64,000 nt of DNA from Somniosus microcephalus (Eukaryota): the NCBI GenBank assembly GCA_052327205.1, contig CM126218.1:81406001-81470000 (forward strand). Reading direction: 5' to 3'. The notes under the pieces were generated by a model, which was not told the origin of the DNA, searched no databases, and saw only the letters and a program-made list of their open reading frames with translations. Position numbers and translations under genes: made by a program. Of the stretch, positions 11,345 to 23,015 are shown in pieces. Numbering within the stretch: the stretch's first letter is position 1; every line of letters starts with the position of its first letter.

Positions 11345-12078
11345 GGAATTCCTCCCAAGTTCAGTAAATGGACACCATTCTAACATTATAGGTGTCTCCT
11401 AAATGTATGTATCTCTCAATTTAAAATGGTATGATAAAACACAAGTCTGTTAACTGCTTTGTCTGGTTTCAACGAATGGATCGAACCCCACATCTCATCA
11501 GAAGTTAACCCCTTGTGGGCGAATTTAACTTAACTGCAATATAATATAGTATAAATTAACCTTAAATCCATCGTAAGCCAAATAGGTATAGAACTTGACT
11601 GTCTCTATGTGACGACATTTTCAACAGATCCAAAATATGCAAAAGAAAATTGCGACAGGGTGAAATTTGTTTAAATTAAATTATAGTTAACCCTCTCTCA
11701 CTCAAACAAGATGGATATGGCTTTCACAGTTATCCGGGAGAAACAAAAATAGGTTGTGATGGTTGTACAGATTTGCTAGTAGTGCATTATTTTTAGTATG
11801 TACTCTGCAACAACAAGGTAGGTTCTCTAGTTTGTAAACTCCGACATATATGCTCTCTTTCTCAAATCTAGAACATGTCAATGCTATTTGAATCGCTCTT
11901 TGGGTTACGGTTTTTTTAAAGCTTAATATTTGCAACATGATTTTAGACAAATTCATTTTGCAATTTCAATAGGAAAGTTTAATTGACCATAGAACCAAAT
12001 TAACTTTATTAAAAATCTATAGGTGAAGTACTAGGCTTGTGCCTAAAACTACATGCAATTAAACAAAACATTCTATAG

Positions 12079-12365
12079 TCTAAAAGGACAAGGGCAGCAG
12101 GCGCATGGGAACACCACCAGCTCCAAGTTCCCCTCCAAGTCACACACCATCCTGACTTAGAAGTATATCGCCGTTCCTTCATCGTCGCTGGGTCAAAATC
12201 CTGGAACTCCCTCCCTAACAGCACTGTGGGAGCACCTTCACCACACGGGCTGCAGCGGTTCAAGGCGGCGGCTCACCACCACCTTCTCAAGGGCAACTAG
12301 GGATGGGCAATAAATGCCGGCCTCACCAGCGACGCCCTGATTCCATAAAAACAAATTAAAAAAAT
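12079..12365 (+). mobile_element. 3' end of a CR1-group LINE
   Basis: Encodes ...RTRAAGAWEHH...YRRSFIVAGSKSWNSLPNS...; the 3' UTR ctagggatgggcaataaatgccggcc is followed by an A-rich tail. Confidence 0.85.
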
Positions 12366-12814
12366 GTCTGAACTTGGTTGTTACTTGTTTTAATACATTA
12401 AATTCAGAATTTAAAAAAAATCAAAATCATTAAGAAAATTATATATAGTCCAAAAAGGAATGTACTGTAGTTAGATTTTCATATAATCTGACATTCTGCA
12501 TTTATATGGTTTTATTATATATATCTTTCTCGCCTATTTCCCAAGGACCTATTTATTTCCAAACAGCCTCCTTCAGACTAGGAATGTCTGGACTAAAGGC
12601 CATCCCATGACTACCAGTAATGGCACTTGAATTAAGAGGAGATATGGGAGAGAAGTTAATTCCTTCATTCACCCTGAAGATGAAGCATTCAAACATAAGT
12701 TCTTCCTGCTAGGAAACTGGTGTTGCTATTTCTTTGCGCAACTGAACTCATCAGATGTGATGTCAGAGCAACGTGGAGTGCAGCTGTGGAAAGGACCCCA
12801 ATCTAACAACACCA

Positions 12815-13275
12815 ACTTGCATTTATATAGCACCTTTAACGTAGTAAAATGTCCTAAGGCGCTTCACAGGTACGTTATCAAACAAAATTTGACATCGAGC
12901 CACATAAGGAGATATTAGGACAGGTGACCAAAAGCTTGGTCAAAGAGGTAGGTTTGAAGGAGCATCTAAAAGAGAGAGAGAGAGGTAGAGAGGTTTAAGG
13001 GAGGGAAGTCCAGAGCTTATGGCCTAGGCAGCTGAATGCAAGCCCGCCAATGGTGGAGCAGTGAAAATCGGGGATGCGCAAGAGACCATAATTCGAGGGG
13101 TGCAGTGATCTTGGAGGGCTGGAGGAGGTTAGAGAGAAAGGGAGGAGCGAGACCATGTAAGGATTTGGAAACTAGGATGAGAATTTTAAAATTGAAGCAT
13201 TGCTGGATTGGGAGCCAAAGTAGGTCAGCGAGCACAGGGGTGATGGGTGAACAGGACTTGGCGCAAGTTAGGATA
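12815..13275 (-). mobile_element. L2 LINE 3' end
   Basis: ORF LADLLWLPIQQCFNFKILILVSKSLHGLAPPFLSNLL corresponds to the L2 LHWLP...FK...L.GLAP.YL motif. The tail is ggtgctatataaatgcaagtt. Confidence 0.88.
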
Positions 13276-13859
13276 TGTATGTTATGTTATGTTAGGATAA
13301 ATATGTCAAGAATAACTTGTGATATGATAAACAGCAGGTAGACAACAATTTCAAAATGGGGTAATGTAATTTCTAGGTTTATAGTTTACAACATAGGATC
13401 ATCAATATTCTGCATTTACTATTCAACAACAAAGCATATCTGCAGCAAAAGAAAGGCTCACCTTGCTGTGTTAGTGCAAAACTCAAACTGCTCATTTAGC
13501 TGAACTTGTTCATACTCGGGTTTTAACTGGTAAACCGATTAAGGGCCAGTTGAAAAGAAGAATCAACCTAACTCAAGAAATTACACACTCAATTATAGTA
13601 CATCCTTTTTTGGAGATTGCTTCGAAACCTGGATTCAATTTAGCAACTTGTAGCCTGCAGTATTCACAAAGTTCAGAAAAAAGCGGAACTGTTAAACAAT
13701 TACTGACACTGAACTAAGGTGCATATATTCTTTTGTTATTTCTTGTGAAACACACAGAGCAGCCTGCTCCCTTGACAAGTACCTAAAGAGAACTTTATAT
13801 GGCAGTTTGTTTTATGTTAAGCACTGATATAATCATTCACCTCAACATGCCTGAGCCAG

Positions 13860-14245
13860 CTCTTGGAGCTTTCCACTTAGACCCTTTCCCCTGCCTTTCC
13901 TCATACTCTTAAGCTTTTCTTTTTCAAATATTTATCCATGTCCCTTTTAAAAGCTATTATGGATTCTGCTTCCACCTTGCTTCTGGTGGCACATTCCATG
14001 TCCTAACAAGCAGCTGCAAAAAACAAATTCTCCTGACCTTTCCCAGCATCGTTTGGTGAATTTATGCCCTCTGGTCTTCCCTAGCTACCTCATTGAAAGC
14101 CCTCGTACTTTTTTTAATATTCGTTCATGGGATGTGGACGTCGCTGGCAAGGCCAGCATTTATTGCCCATCCTTAACTGCCCTTGAGCACCTCTGTCAGA
14201 TTTTCTGTGTTATAGAGTTTCTCTAATCTCTCTGTATATCGTCTA
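13860..14245 (-). mobile_element. Degenerate CR1 3' region with a nested LINE-tail fragment (~14108..14187)
   Basis: ctttcccctgcctttcctcatac...tttcaaatatttatcc...ggattctgcttccacc resembles CR1 48290..48400. The insert attcgttcatgggatgtggacgtcgctggcaaggccagcatttattgccc matches 60173..60225. Confidence 0.65.
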
Positions 14246-15401
14246 GGCCCAGTCACCGAGGGAAGGATGAGGTTGCTTCCTGCTTGGTCAATAGCATAAG
14301 TGAAGGTATCTATAGGGGTCCTGACATATTAATCCTTTTAACATTTAATTAATGAGCTCTATTCTTTCTGAAGCTGCTTCTGTACTGGGCTTCATGGGAT
14401 GTTCGTGCCATTGGCTTTTGACACGAGGGCCTCACACAACTAATGCCAACCCTTGAGTAAACAAGATTCATGAAGGTAGGAAGACCCTTTCTTTTTTAAG
14501 AATAGTGTCTTCCTGGTCGCGAGCTTTAGCAAAACTGGCAAATTTACTCCGGAGTTGCATCGGAGGCCACAGTACAAAACCCCACTAAAGCTGATATAAA
14601 GGCAGCTTAAACTGTGAGTAATGTTCCTATAACTAAAAGTTAGAAAACTGACAAAAATAAATGCGATCTCATTACTTAGAAGATTGTTACCAAATAATGG
14701 ATACGTGTGGATCAAGCTATTTCTTTTTAAAATTCAAACAGAAAAATGAACCTTCTTCAAGCATATTTATCCTCTATCTAGTTGTTTTTTTTTTCTTTCT
14801 TTCTGCTTCAAGACTTTAATTACTACAATACTGCATTTATTAAAGAAGCCACAGGGAAATGGTTTACACTAGCCAACAGGAAATGAAGTGCTATGGTGCT
14901 GAAATCATACGCGGGGACCTCATTCCTACTTTGACTGTTTTATCTAATTTGGCAGGAATAGCTTTAGGACAAACTTTCTATTGATTTGAAGGCAGTCGCT
15001 AACAAACCAGCATCACAAAAAGAAACAGTGCTTAAGGTGTGCTGGAAGAAATTCAGCTAAGGACACACAAACTACATGTACAAAGATACACAGGGAGAGA
15101 TCGCATTGAAGGAGAATATTCTGTTGAGGCATGGGAAGGAAAGACCCTGTTGAGACAGGAGAAAGAGAGACAGTTAGTTGAGGAGGAAGGGAGCTGGAAG
15201 AAAAAAGGGGCAGCGACCACATCACTGATAGGGGAGAACTCTGACTGCCGCAAACAAAACATGTGATTGCTGCCTGGCTTGCAGGCCCACAATGCAAAAT
15301 GGACCATTCTCTAACAGACAGTGGGCAACACCACAAGCAATCCACCAAATAAGAAGGAATGTATTGAAGTGATGCACTAATAAAATGTACGTCAAGGATT
15401 A

Positions 15402-15662
15402 TAAAACAAAATACTGCAGCGGCTGGAAATCTGAAATAAAAACATAAAATACTAGAAGCACTCAACGGGTCAGGCAGCAACTGTGGAGAGGGGAAGGTAC
15501 AGTTAATGTTTCAACTTGATGATCTTTCGTTGGAACCAAAAATGGTTCATCTGTAACGTCTTCTGTTCTAATTAAAGGTCATTGACCTGAAATGTTAAAC
15601 CTACCTTCCTCTCTCCACTGATGTTGCCTGACCTGCTGAGTTTTCCCAACAGTTTCTGTTTT
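15402..15662. mobile_element. Foldback of two inverted Penelope terminal (pLTR) sequences
   Basis: The left arm (15402..15537) is the reverse complement of the Penelope terminus at 28695..28826. The right arm (~15566..15662) is the same sequence in forward orientation. Confidence 0.75.
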
Positions 15663-15972
15663 AGTGTACCTCAAGGACTGTTGGTTTATATCAAACCGGA
15701 AACTTAGTTCCTCACTTAGTTCTATTCTTACCGACCCAATCATAGTCAGATCATCTCCAGCAATAGCTTCCCTTCTGGCCCCTGGACCATTACCTTCAAA
15801 GTCCGCCAAGGATCTATCATTGCCCCCCCTCCTGTTCCTCCTCTAAATGCTGCTCCTTGGTGACATGATCTGCAGAGCTGAGGTCAGCTTCCACACGTGT
15901 GCTGACAACACTTCGTTCTACCACACCGCCGCCTCTCGCGACCCCTCAACTGCCTCGGTGTTGTCTGACTAC

Positions 15973-16124
15973 CAATGTTCCCTCTAATTTTGTTTGGCCC
16001 TGAGCGGCCCCTTTAAGGGGCTGCGCGGGCCAAAGTACTGCGGATGCGCGGTTTTTGTATTACAAAGCCAGCTGCACGGGTTCCCTGGAGCGCTGTGCGG
16101 CCGCACAGCTTATAGGGAACATTG
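15973..16124. mobile_element. hAT MITE, 152 bp
   Basis: TIR caatgttccct / agggaacattg with a perfect 8-bp TSD ctgactac (15965..15972 and 16125..16132). Confidence 0.92.
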
Positions 16125-16201
16125 CTGACTACAAGTCCCACATCCAGTCTTGGATGAGCTGCTATTTTCTCCTGTTAAACATTAGGAAGACTAACTCCAT
16201 C

Positions 16202-16894
16202 GGCCTAGAAATTGGGTTGGGGCGCCAAAGTGGGGCAAAAGTCGCCTGAGTGCAGGATTTAGCACAGCGATCGGAGTGATACCGATCGCCAGAAATTCAG
16301 TTTCAGTGCCGCTCGAGGGACACGGGGCGAGGCTCAAGGCGCTCCGCGTCCCTCTTAGGGCGCTAAAACTGATTATCGCAGCGCAACGTGCCGCAGCGCC
16401 ACATGCTGCGGCACAGCACGCTGCGGTACTGCAGGCCTTCCTCCCACTGTTAAGGGGGAGGTGCCTGCAACAGCACGAGCCCCGACTGCAAGTGCCGGCA
16501 AATGAGCCCGGCACCAAGGAGAAGTGCCGGGCTCTCGGGAAACAGCCGGCAATGCCGCGGGGGGGGTGGGGGGTGGGGGTTAGGAGGCCGGGGACGGAGG
16601 TGCTGGCAGGCGGCTGCCCCGCACCTCCACCTTAATTGCGCCGTTGCCAGCACAGTAAGGCCCCGTGAACCGGGCGCGGGTAGCGAGCGGCGCAACTGCG
16701 GCGTTCGCTACCAAATATCGCGACCGGGGCACTGCGCACACCGATGACATCATCGGTGGTGGCGCAGCGCAAATGCCTAACGCCACCATTAGCGCCCCTA
16801 CTGAATATCGCCGCAGACGCAGCCAGTGGCGCTACAGCCACTGACTGCCTCTTTAGGCGCTAACAGGTGGCGCTACTCACCCAATTTCTCCCCC
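16202..16894. mobile_element. GC-rich non-autonomous DNA transposon, PIF/Harbinger-like
   Basis: Imperfect TIR ggcctagaaattgggt / acccaatttctccccc with a 3-bp TSD atc and recurring ggcgct/tagcgcc subterminal motifs. It interrupts the L2 sequence cleanly. Confidence 0.72.
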
Positions 16895-19595
16895 ATCGTC
16901 TTTCCCCATTACAAACTCCGCATCCTTGTCATTGATTCCATCCCTCTACCCAGCCACTGTCTCGGGCTGAATCAGACTGCTCGCAACCCAAGCGTCCTAT
17001 TTGACCCCAAGCTGGCCTCTCATGCAACATCTTCCCTCCCTTTGCCCCACCACTGGCAGCTGTGCCTTCAGCCGCCAGTTCCCATGCTTTGGAGTTAGAT
17101 CTTGAAACCCCTCCACCTCCCTCTCCTGCTTTACAACCCTTCTTAAAACTCACTTTAATGATTAAGTATGTGTTTACCCCTCCTAATTAATATCTCCTCC
17201 TTTGGCTTCCCATGCATTTTTTGATTATGCCTCTGCCAAACACTTTGGGACATTTTCCTATGTTGAAGGCACTATATAAATGTAAGTTGTTGCTCACGAG
17301 TTGTGTGACTGGCACTATTTGATTCATTTTGCATAAACAACAGGTCTCCAACATGTATAAATCAGTTCTTGCTGAAACAAGACAATTAACTATCTTTTTA
17401 AGATACCATTGGTACCACAGTACCTAATGCATCATTTCCAGAGCTTTAAAGGCCAAGGTTCATTTGAGGGGTTCTGATGAAGACAGATTGCAACTGAACA
17501 CAAGTGGTTTACAAATGTCAGCACAACCCAGAGATGGAATTACAACCTTCTACTGTCACCATAGCATCGGTTATGTATATAGTTCTGGCCAAGAAAGGTT
17601 AATAAAGCCAAGCACTATTTAGTGTGTAGAGGCCTTTTTGGGAACTCAATGAAATCAACTTTTCACTCTTTCAAAAATGACTTGAGCTTTAATTGAACAG
17701 CTGGAACAAACGCTGTAGGTAAGAAACAATGAAAGATTAGAAATGGAGGGATAAATGAATTAATGGTATTTACAATCAAACATGCTGCTTTGTTTATCAG
17801 GTTTCCAAAGTGGGAAAATATTTCAGCACTAATAATTTGCAAATTGGAATTTTCCAACAATGGCATATCACCATATTAACGGTATTAGCAAAGTTACAAA
17901 AAATAAGTAGAATCATTGACACCCGCGATGAGAACGGGTGTGCGAGGAATGTTACTGACTGCTGAAACCATGCTTAAATGAGTAAAGTTAGTGGGGTGCA
18001 ATGGTCATGAAGCAGAACATCACGTGGCCTACAGAAGTGAGGGCATTAAAGGTGGTTTACACAGCAATTAAATATGTAGCTGGGACACATCAAAGAGAAA
18101 TAACATTTGGACACTTTATTTGGCAAGTTCAAAGAATATCAGTAAATAATTATTCAGGGCGAACAGAGGTCACCGGGACTGGCCTTAAGGCACAATTTCC
18201 TAAAGAAATGCAGTTCAACTTTACAATTCTTTGTCAACAGCAGGATAGCAAGTCGCGAAGCCCAGTTATGAGTGCCATAATAAACAGTAATACTGATCTA
18301 CTGCATGGGAATATATAAAACCCATAACATTCAGTCTGCTGTTTTCTCCTCCTCCTAGTATTATAATTGTAAGCATGATTATCATGATTGTACTAGATCA
18401 CAAAAGGGGCTAAGTAACGTTTGCAGGAGGAATAAAATGAATTAATAGTATCCTGCGGTACTGGATTGAGCAGTTATTTCATTTTTTTTTTTTAAAAAGA
18501 GATGGTAAAAAAAAATCACTGACATCCGAATGAACAATTCTGTACTGCAGAGTAAAGCAGCTACTGGACTGTGTAAGCACAGTAAGGTGAAACAATTTAC
18601 AGTATTATGAATGGCCTAATCTATATGTTAATACTACTGGATCATATAACTCCTGCTTGAATAAGATAGGGGCATAGTTGGAGGGTTTCTATAGTTACCA
18701 CCAATGGCAACTGTTCGGAAAGGTTGCTTGACTGACATAGCACACGCTGTTCAATTGGTGCCCAGCAGTTGCTTATGATATGAAGCGATGATAACGGCAG
18801 TTTCTCTTACATCTTTTCCCTCCTTCAGATACTTTAAATCACCTCTGTTCGTCATAGGCTATTATTCAGTCACCAGCTAATATAGGCTTAAAGCTTGACT
18901 GGTCTACATCAGTTCTAAGAACTATTAAACACAGAGTGGAGTTAAGTTGTCTTGCCAGAGAAAGCGAGGAAGAAAATAAATTTAAAATAAATAAATGAAG
19001 TTATTTAGTGAGTCAGCTGACGCCACCTTGCCAACCTCCTGGGTGTGTCACTCACTGAGTGACTCTCTGGGTAGCCAGCCTGTTCATTTTCTTATGTCAA
19101 AAGCTGGTGTAAGAGGAACAAAAAGGAGGGGTAAAAAAATTACAAATGGAATGGCCAATTGTTTAAAAGGGGGTAAATCTGAGTTACATAATGTCTTTTT
19201 TCAATTTTGATCTTAAAACATTAATTCATCACATTGAAATAGCAAACTGACTTTAGCCCTATGTTTGATTAAGCTAGTTTGCATGTCTTTACCAGAAGTC
19301 ACTAGTTATTTAGAAATGGCCGCAACAATGTAAAATCTGCACTAATACAGAAATGGTGAGGATTTATCAAAAAGGCAAGGTCAAGGAGTAAGTTGCCCAT
19401 CTGTTACAACAGATGGGTAACTACATGACAGTAGTTACCTTTTAATAACTGCAATCCCTAATGGCATTTCACACTGCCTAGCGGAAAAAAGGAACCGTGT
19501 AACTGTTTTTAAAAAAGTACAAGAATTATTAAAATATACAGAAGTGTGAAAATAATGAATTGGTCATTTCTCTTTTGTTGGGTACAAACAATATA

Positions 19596-19903
19596 CAGGA
19601 AACTCTATTATCCGGCACCGACGTGGTGCCAGTTTATCAAAAAGTCCGGATTACAGAGAGGTATAGTTTAAAAGGTACGAGAGCGCCGTACACAGCAACA
19701 AATCCAGGCTTCCCAACATGTGCAGGATCTCTGGCCACATACCAAGCGTCCCTGTTGCTTAGCAACAAGTGCACGAACCCCAGTTACACAACCACAGATC
19801 CAGGAACAGCCACTAATATGAAGTAAAACTTAGCTGAACCTACTCCTGAATTTTGCCGGTTAACAGATTTCCGGTTATTTAGGTGCCAGTTAAGAGTTTC
19901 CTG
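19596..19903. mobile_element. Tc1/mariner (Tigger/pogo-like) MITE
   Basis: ta|caggaaactct...agagtttcctg|ta gives an 11-bp perfect TIR and a TA TSD, with ttatccggc/gccggttaa subterminal motifs. Confidence 0.85.
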
Positions 19904-20510
19904 TAAAGGGTTATGGCAGCTTTGTACATCTGTATTACTACTCACGACATTGTTGCATTAGACTTGGCTTTTAATCATGTAATGCTTTGACGTTTTTAAA
20001 AACTACAAAACAATAATATTCTTTTAATCAACATACTAATCCTGTATCTTTAAAACCAACTGTTATTGCACAAAGCATTTATGAACCTCAAAAATACATG
20101 CTATGCAGCTAAGGACTTGCTCAGAAAACAATCATATTAAAAATAGATCCGAGTTTTCTGCTCTCCTACTTTTCTGATCGTCAGAAACTTGAGAAACAAC
20201 AGAGATCAGTGCTATTTGTAACTCTCCATGAAAAAGCACGAGGAGAGGATCATGTTGTACAATTAATGTAACAGGCATATCGGTTTTAAAGCTGCATGTT
20301 CATTAAAAAAAAAGTTTCATAACCAACCACAGATATGACTAAACTCGAATGTCTGATTTAAATTTACCTGAAGTCCAGTCTGTGCCTTTGATTAAAAGGA
20401 CCAAATGGCTTTAAAGACTTAGAGTAATTAACAGCAGAGTTCCAAGACGAGAAATAATTTATTTAAGTGTCTAACCTGTAAATATAAAACAAATATCCGT
20501 GTGTACTGGG

Positions 20511-20650
20511 CAATGTTCCCTGTAATTATTTTTGGTGCGCGGGTCATTCAAATTTTGTGCATGCGCGGTTTTTACAATGCAAGCGCCGATGAGCGGCCTG
20601 CATGGAACCTCACAGACACTGCGCCTCCGCGTAGCGTCGAGGGAACATTG
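20511..20650. mobile_element. hAT MITE, 140 bp (family of 15973)
   Basis: TIR caatgttccct / agggaacattg; TSD gtactggg / atactggg (one mismatch). Confidence 0.9.
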
Positions 20651-20865
20651 ATACTGGGATAAACGTAATTGTTCTATGTCAAGTAATCATCCATTGTTCA
20701 TTCTATATAAATGTAAATGGTATTAGGACTGTGTGGACATTTCAACTTCAAAGAAATTAAGTGGATTACAACAGAAATTTGCTGCAAAATTCCTACAATA
20801 GCTGTTGTCTGGGTGGACAGCAGGCTCACCTTTAACTACTTTCTCATGGGAGACAATGGCAGGAT

Positions 20866-21218
20866 GAACTTACATTAATATAGTGTCCTATCATATCTCC
20901 TAGGATGTCCCAAAGCACTTCACAAACAATTAAAAACTTTGAAGAGCAGTCACTGTTGCTACATAAGCAAATACATCAGCCATTTCGCACCCAGTAAGAT
21001 CCCACAAATAGCAATTAAATGAATGATTTAGTTAATGTATTTTTGATGATGTTGGTTAAAGGAAAACAGCGGTCAGGATTTTAAAGAGAGCTCCCTGCTC
21101 TTCTTCAAATAGTACCGTGGGATGGTTAACATTCACATGAATAGGTAGACTTTGTTTAATGTCGCATTGAAAGGATGACACTCTGGCAGTACAGCACTCC
21201 CTCAGTACTGCACTAAAG
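20866..21218 (-). mobile_element. Deu-domain SINE (SacSINE1-like)
   Basis: Reversed tail ggatgtcccaaagcacttcac and core ctccctgctcttcttcaaatagtaccgtgggat...cagcactccctcagtactgcact. Confidence 0.82.
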
Positions 21219-21440
21219 TATTCACAGAGATGATACGGGCAGTAATATGAGAAGACAGAATTATTGAAATAGGTTGGATATTTTGGATCCTGTACTCATT
21301 GGCCAAAGCTCAGAGACCATACTTGAGGAATGTGCACCTTGGCACCTCCTAATGGGTTGCTTAAAGGCAAGTGGTGCACATGGGGTAAAAAACTTTGAGC
21401 CATTCTAAAGGCTGAAAACAGTTTCTAAATATTTATTAGG

Positions 21441-21935
21441 AGTGTGATGGATGGGTGCAACTGCAACAACACTCAAGAAGCTCAACAACATCCAGGACAA
21501 AGCTGCCCACTTGATTGGCAGCCCATCTACCATCTTAATCATCCACTCCCTCCACCATCGGCCCATTGTTGCTGCAGTGTGTACTATCTACAGGATGCAC
21601 TGCAGCAAGTCGCCAAGGCTTCTTCGACAGCACCTACCAAACCTGCAACCCCCACCACCTTGAAGGGCAAGGGCAGCAGGCACATGGGAACACCCAAGAT
21701 CCCTTCCAAGTCACACACCATCCCGACTTGGACTTATATTGACGTTTCTTCATCGTCGATGGGTCAAAATCTGGAACTCCACTTGAACAGCACTGTGGGA
21801 GTACCCTCACCACATGGACTGCAGCAGTTCAAGAAGAATGCTCACCACCACCACCTTCTCAAAGTCAACTAGGGATGGGCAATAAATGCTGGTGCTTGCT
21901 AGTGACGGCTCATATGCCGAGAATGAATTTTTTAA
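21441..21935 (+). mobile_element. 3' end of a CR1-group LINE
   Basis: WMGATATTLKKLNNIQDKAAHLIG...IHSLHHR.IVAAVCTIYRMH..., with the same 3' UTR as 12079. Confidence 0.85.
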
Positions 21936-22879
21936 AAGACGACTTTCCGCTGAGGAAGAAGTGGTGGGCAAAAAGCAAGGGAGGGCAAACACAATGTGGA
22001 AGTGCAGAACAGAACACGTGAACAAGTGGAAGAATATCACAGCACCTGATCTCTGTTTGACAGCTGGCAAAATGGACATTCTGCTGTATGAGGAAGGTTT
22101 GTTGCCTTGTTTGGCGCTGCAGGGCGCCCTCCCCACAAGGCAGCAGGCACCAGATGGCATCTAGGTTTAATGCTATGTACAGGTACCTGCAGGACCTGGG
22201 AACAGATTCGGCAGATGACATACTGTATGGAATTTGGCAAAGTAACATTACCCAACAAGTACCAGATAGATGGCCCAAGACTACATGCCCCAAAGTGTTA
22301 CTGGTCCACATTTATTGCTTACCCATACCAAACCCTCACACAACCTTACAGCTCTTTCAATACATGCATGCATTCAAGCTGCAGTTTACAATTGAAAGCT
22401 TTCGCACCCCGACAGTTTCCACGGGATTCACACAACAAATTACTGCAACACAACTGAGCTAGATGATCACGTACTGGTAACTAGTATAGGTCACAGTGTA
22501 TGTGCTCCTTCAACTTACAATAGCTCAGGAATATTTCTCTGCTTGCCCAATAAGATGGCACCCAAGGGGTAATTTTACACGTAGATACTAGCAGTGGGGA
22601 ACTTTGCCTGCCAGTAATGCATATAGGAAAACTTCACTTCAATGACTGGAAAGTTTTGAGCAACGTGCCCGCAATGGTCTATCTGAAAGAGAGCAGACCA
22701 GATCACTTGATCCAGGAAGTAATTAGATAAAGAGATACCATGTTTGTATGTCAGTTAGGCATACATTATATCAGTATTAACATTTCCTGGCAATCACAGG
22801 CACTCGGTGTCTCATTAACCTGGAATGCTTCCACTGCACCTTTGTTCAGGTTGCGAGTGACAGTTCTGTAGCCAGGAAC

Positions 22880-23015
22880 ACATGAAAAGACGGGCAGGAA
22901 AAGACCGGCTGGTTCATCAAGCCTGTCCAAAGCAGTCATGATGCAACTAAGCATCATGACTCTCAGTGTATCCTTCTAGCTGCAGTCATGCAATCTCCTG
23001 GGAGAGGCAAAAAGA
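22880..23015 (-). mobile_element. CR1 3' UTR fragment
   Basis: gggcaggaaaagaccggctggttcatcaagcctgtcc...caatctcctgggagaggc matches 52100..52220. Confidence 0.7.

Larger units (their letters stand above)
15680..17292 (+). mobile_element. L2 LINE fragment (RT to 3' tail) hosting two nested DNA elements
   Basis: cttccacacgtgtgctgacaacact (YADDT-like), catccagtcttggatgagc...ttaaacattaggaagact, and tail gcactatataaatgtaagttgtt. Confidence 0.75.

Noticed and set aside
1107-12365. Inverted LINE tails flanking exon 3 as circRNA drivers
   Set aside because: The 1107 copy is short and degenerate, so pairing would be weak, and nothing else supports it.
16190-16900. CpG island or promoter with overlapping Ala/Arg-rich ORFs
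   Set aside because: It is bounded by TIRs and a TSD inside an L2. The ORFs reflect GC content, and the same applies to 49699..50563.
17915-17970. C/D box snoRNA (gcgatga...ctga with acacccg/cgggtgt stem)
   Set aside because: The C box is imperfect and lies inside the hairpin loop, the span is too short, and there is no terminal stem.
21444-22462. Cluster of overlapping 70-140 aa ORFs as a nested gene
   Set aside because: The first part is LINE-derived. The rest shows no recognisable domain or consistent splice structure.
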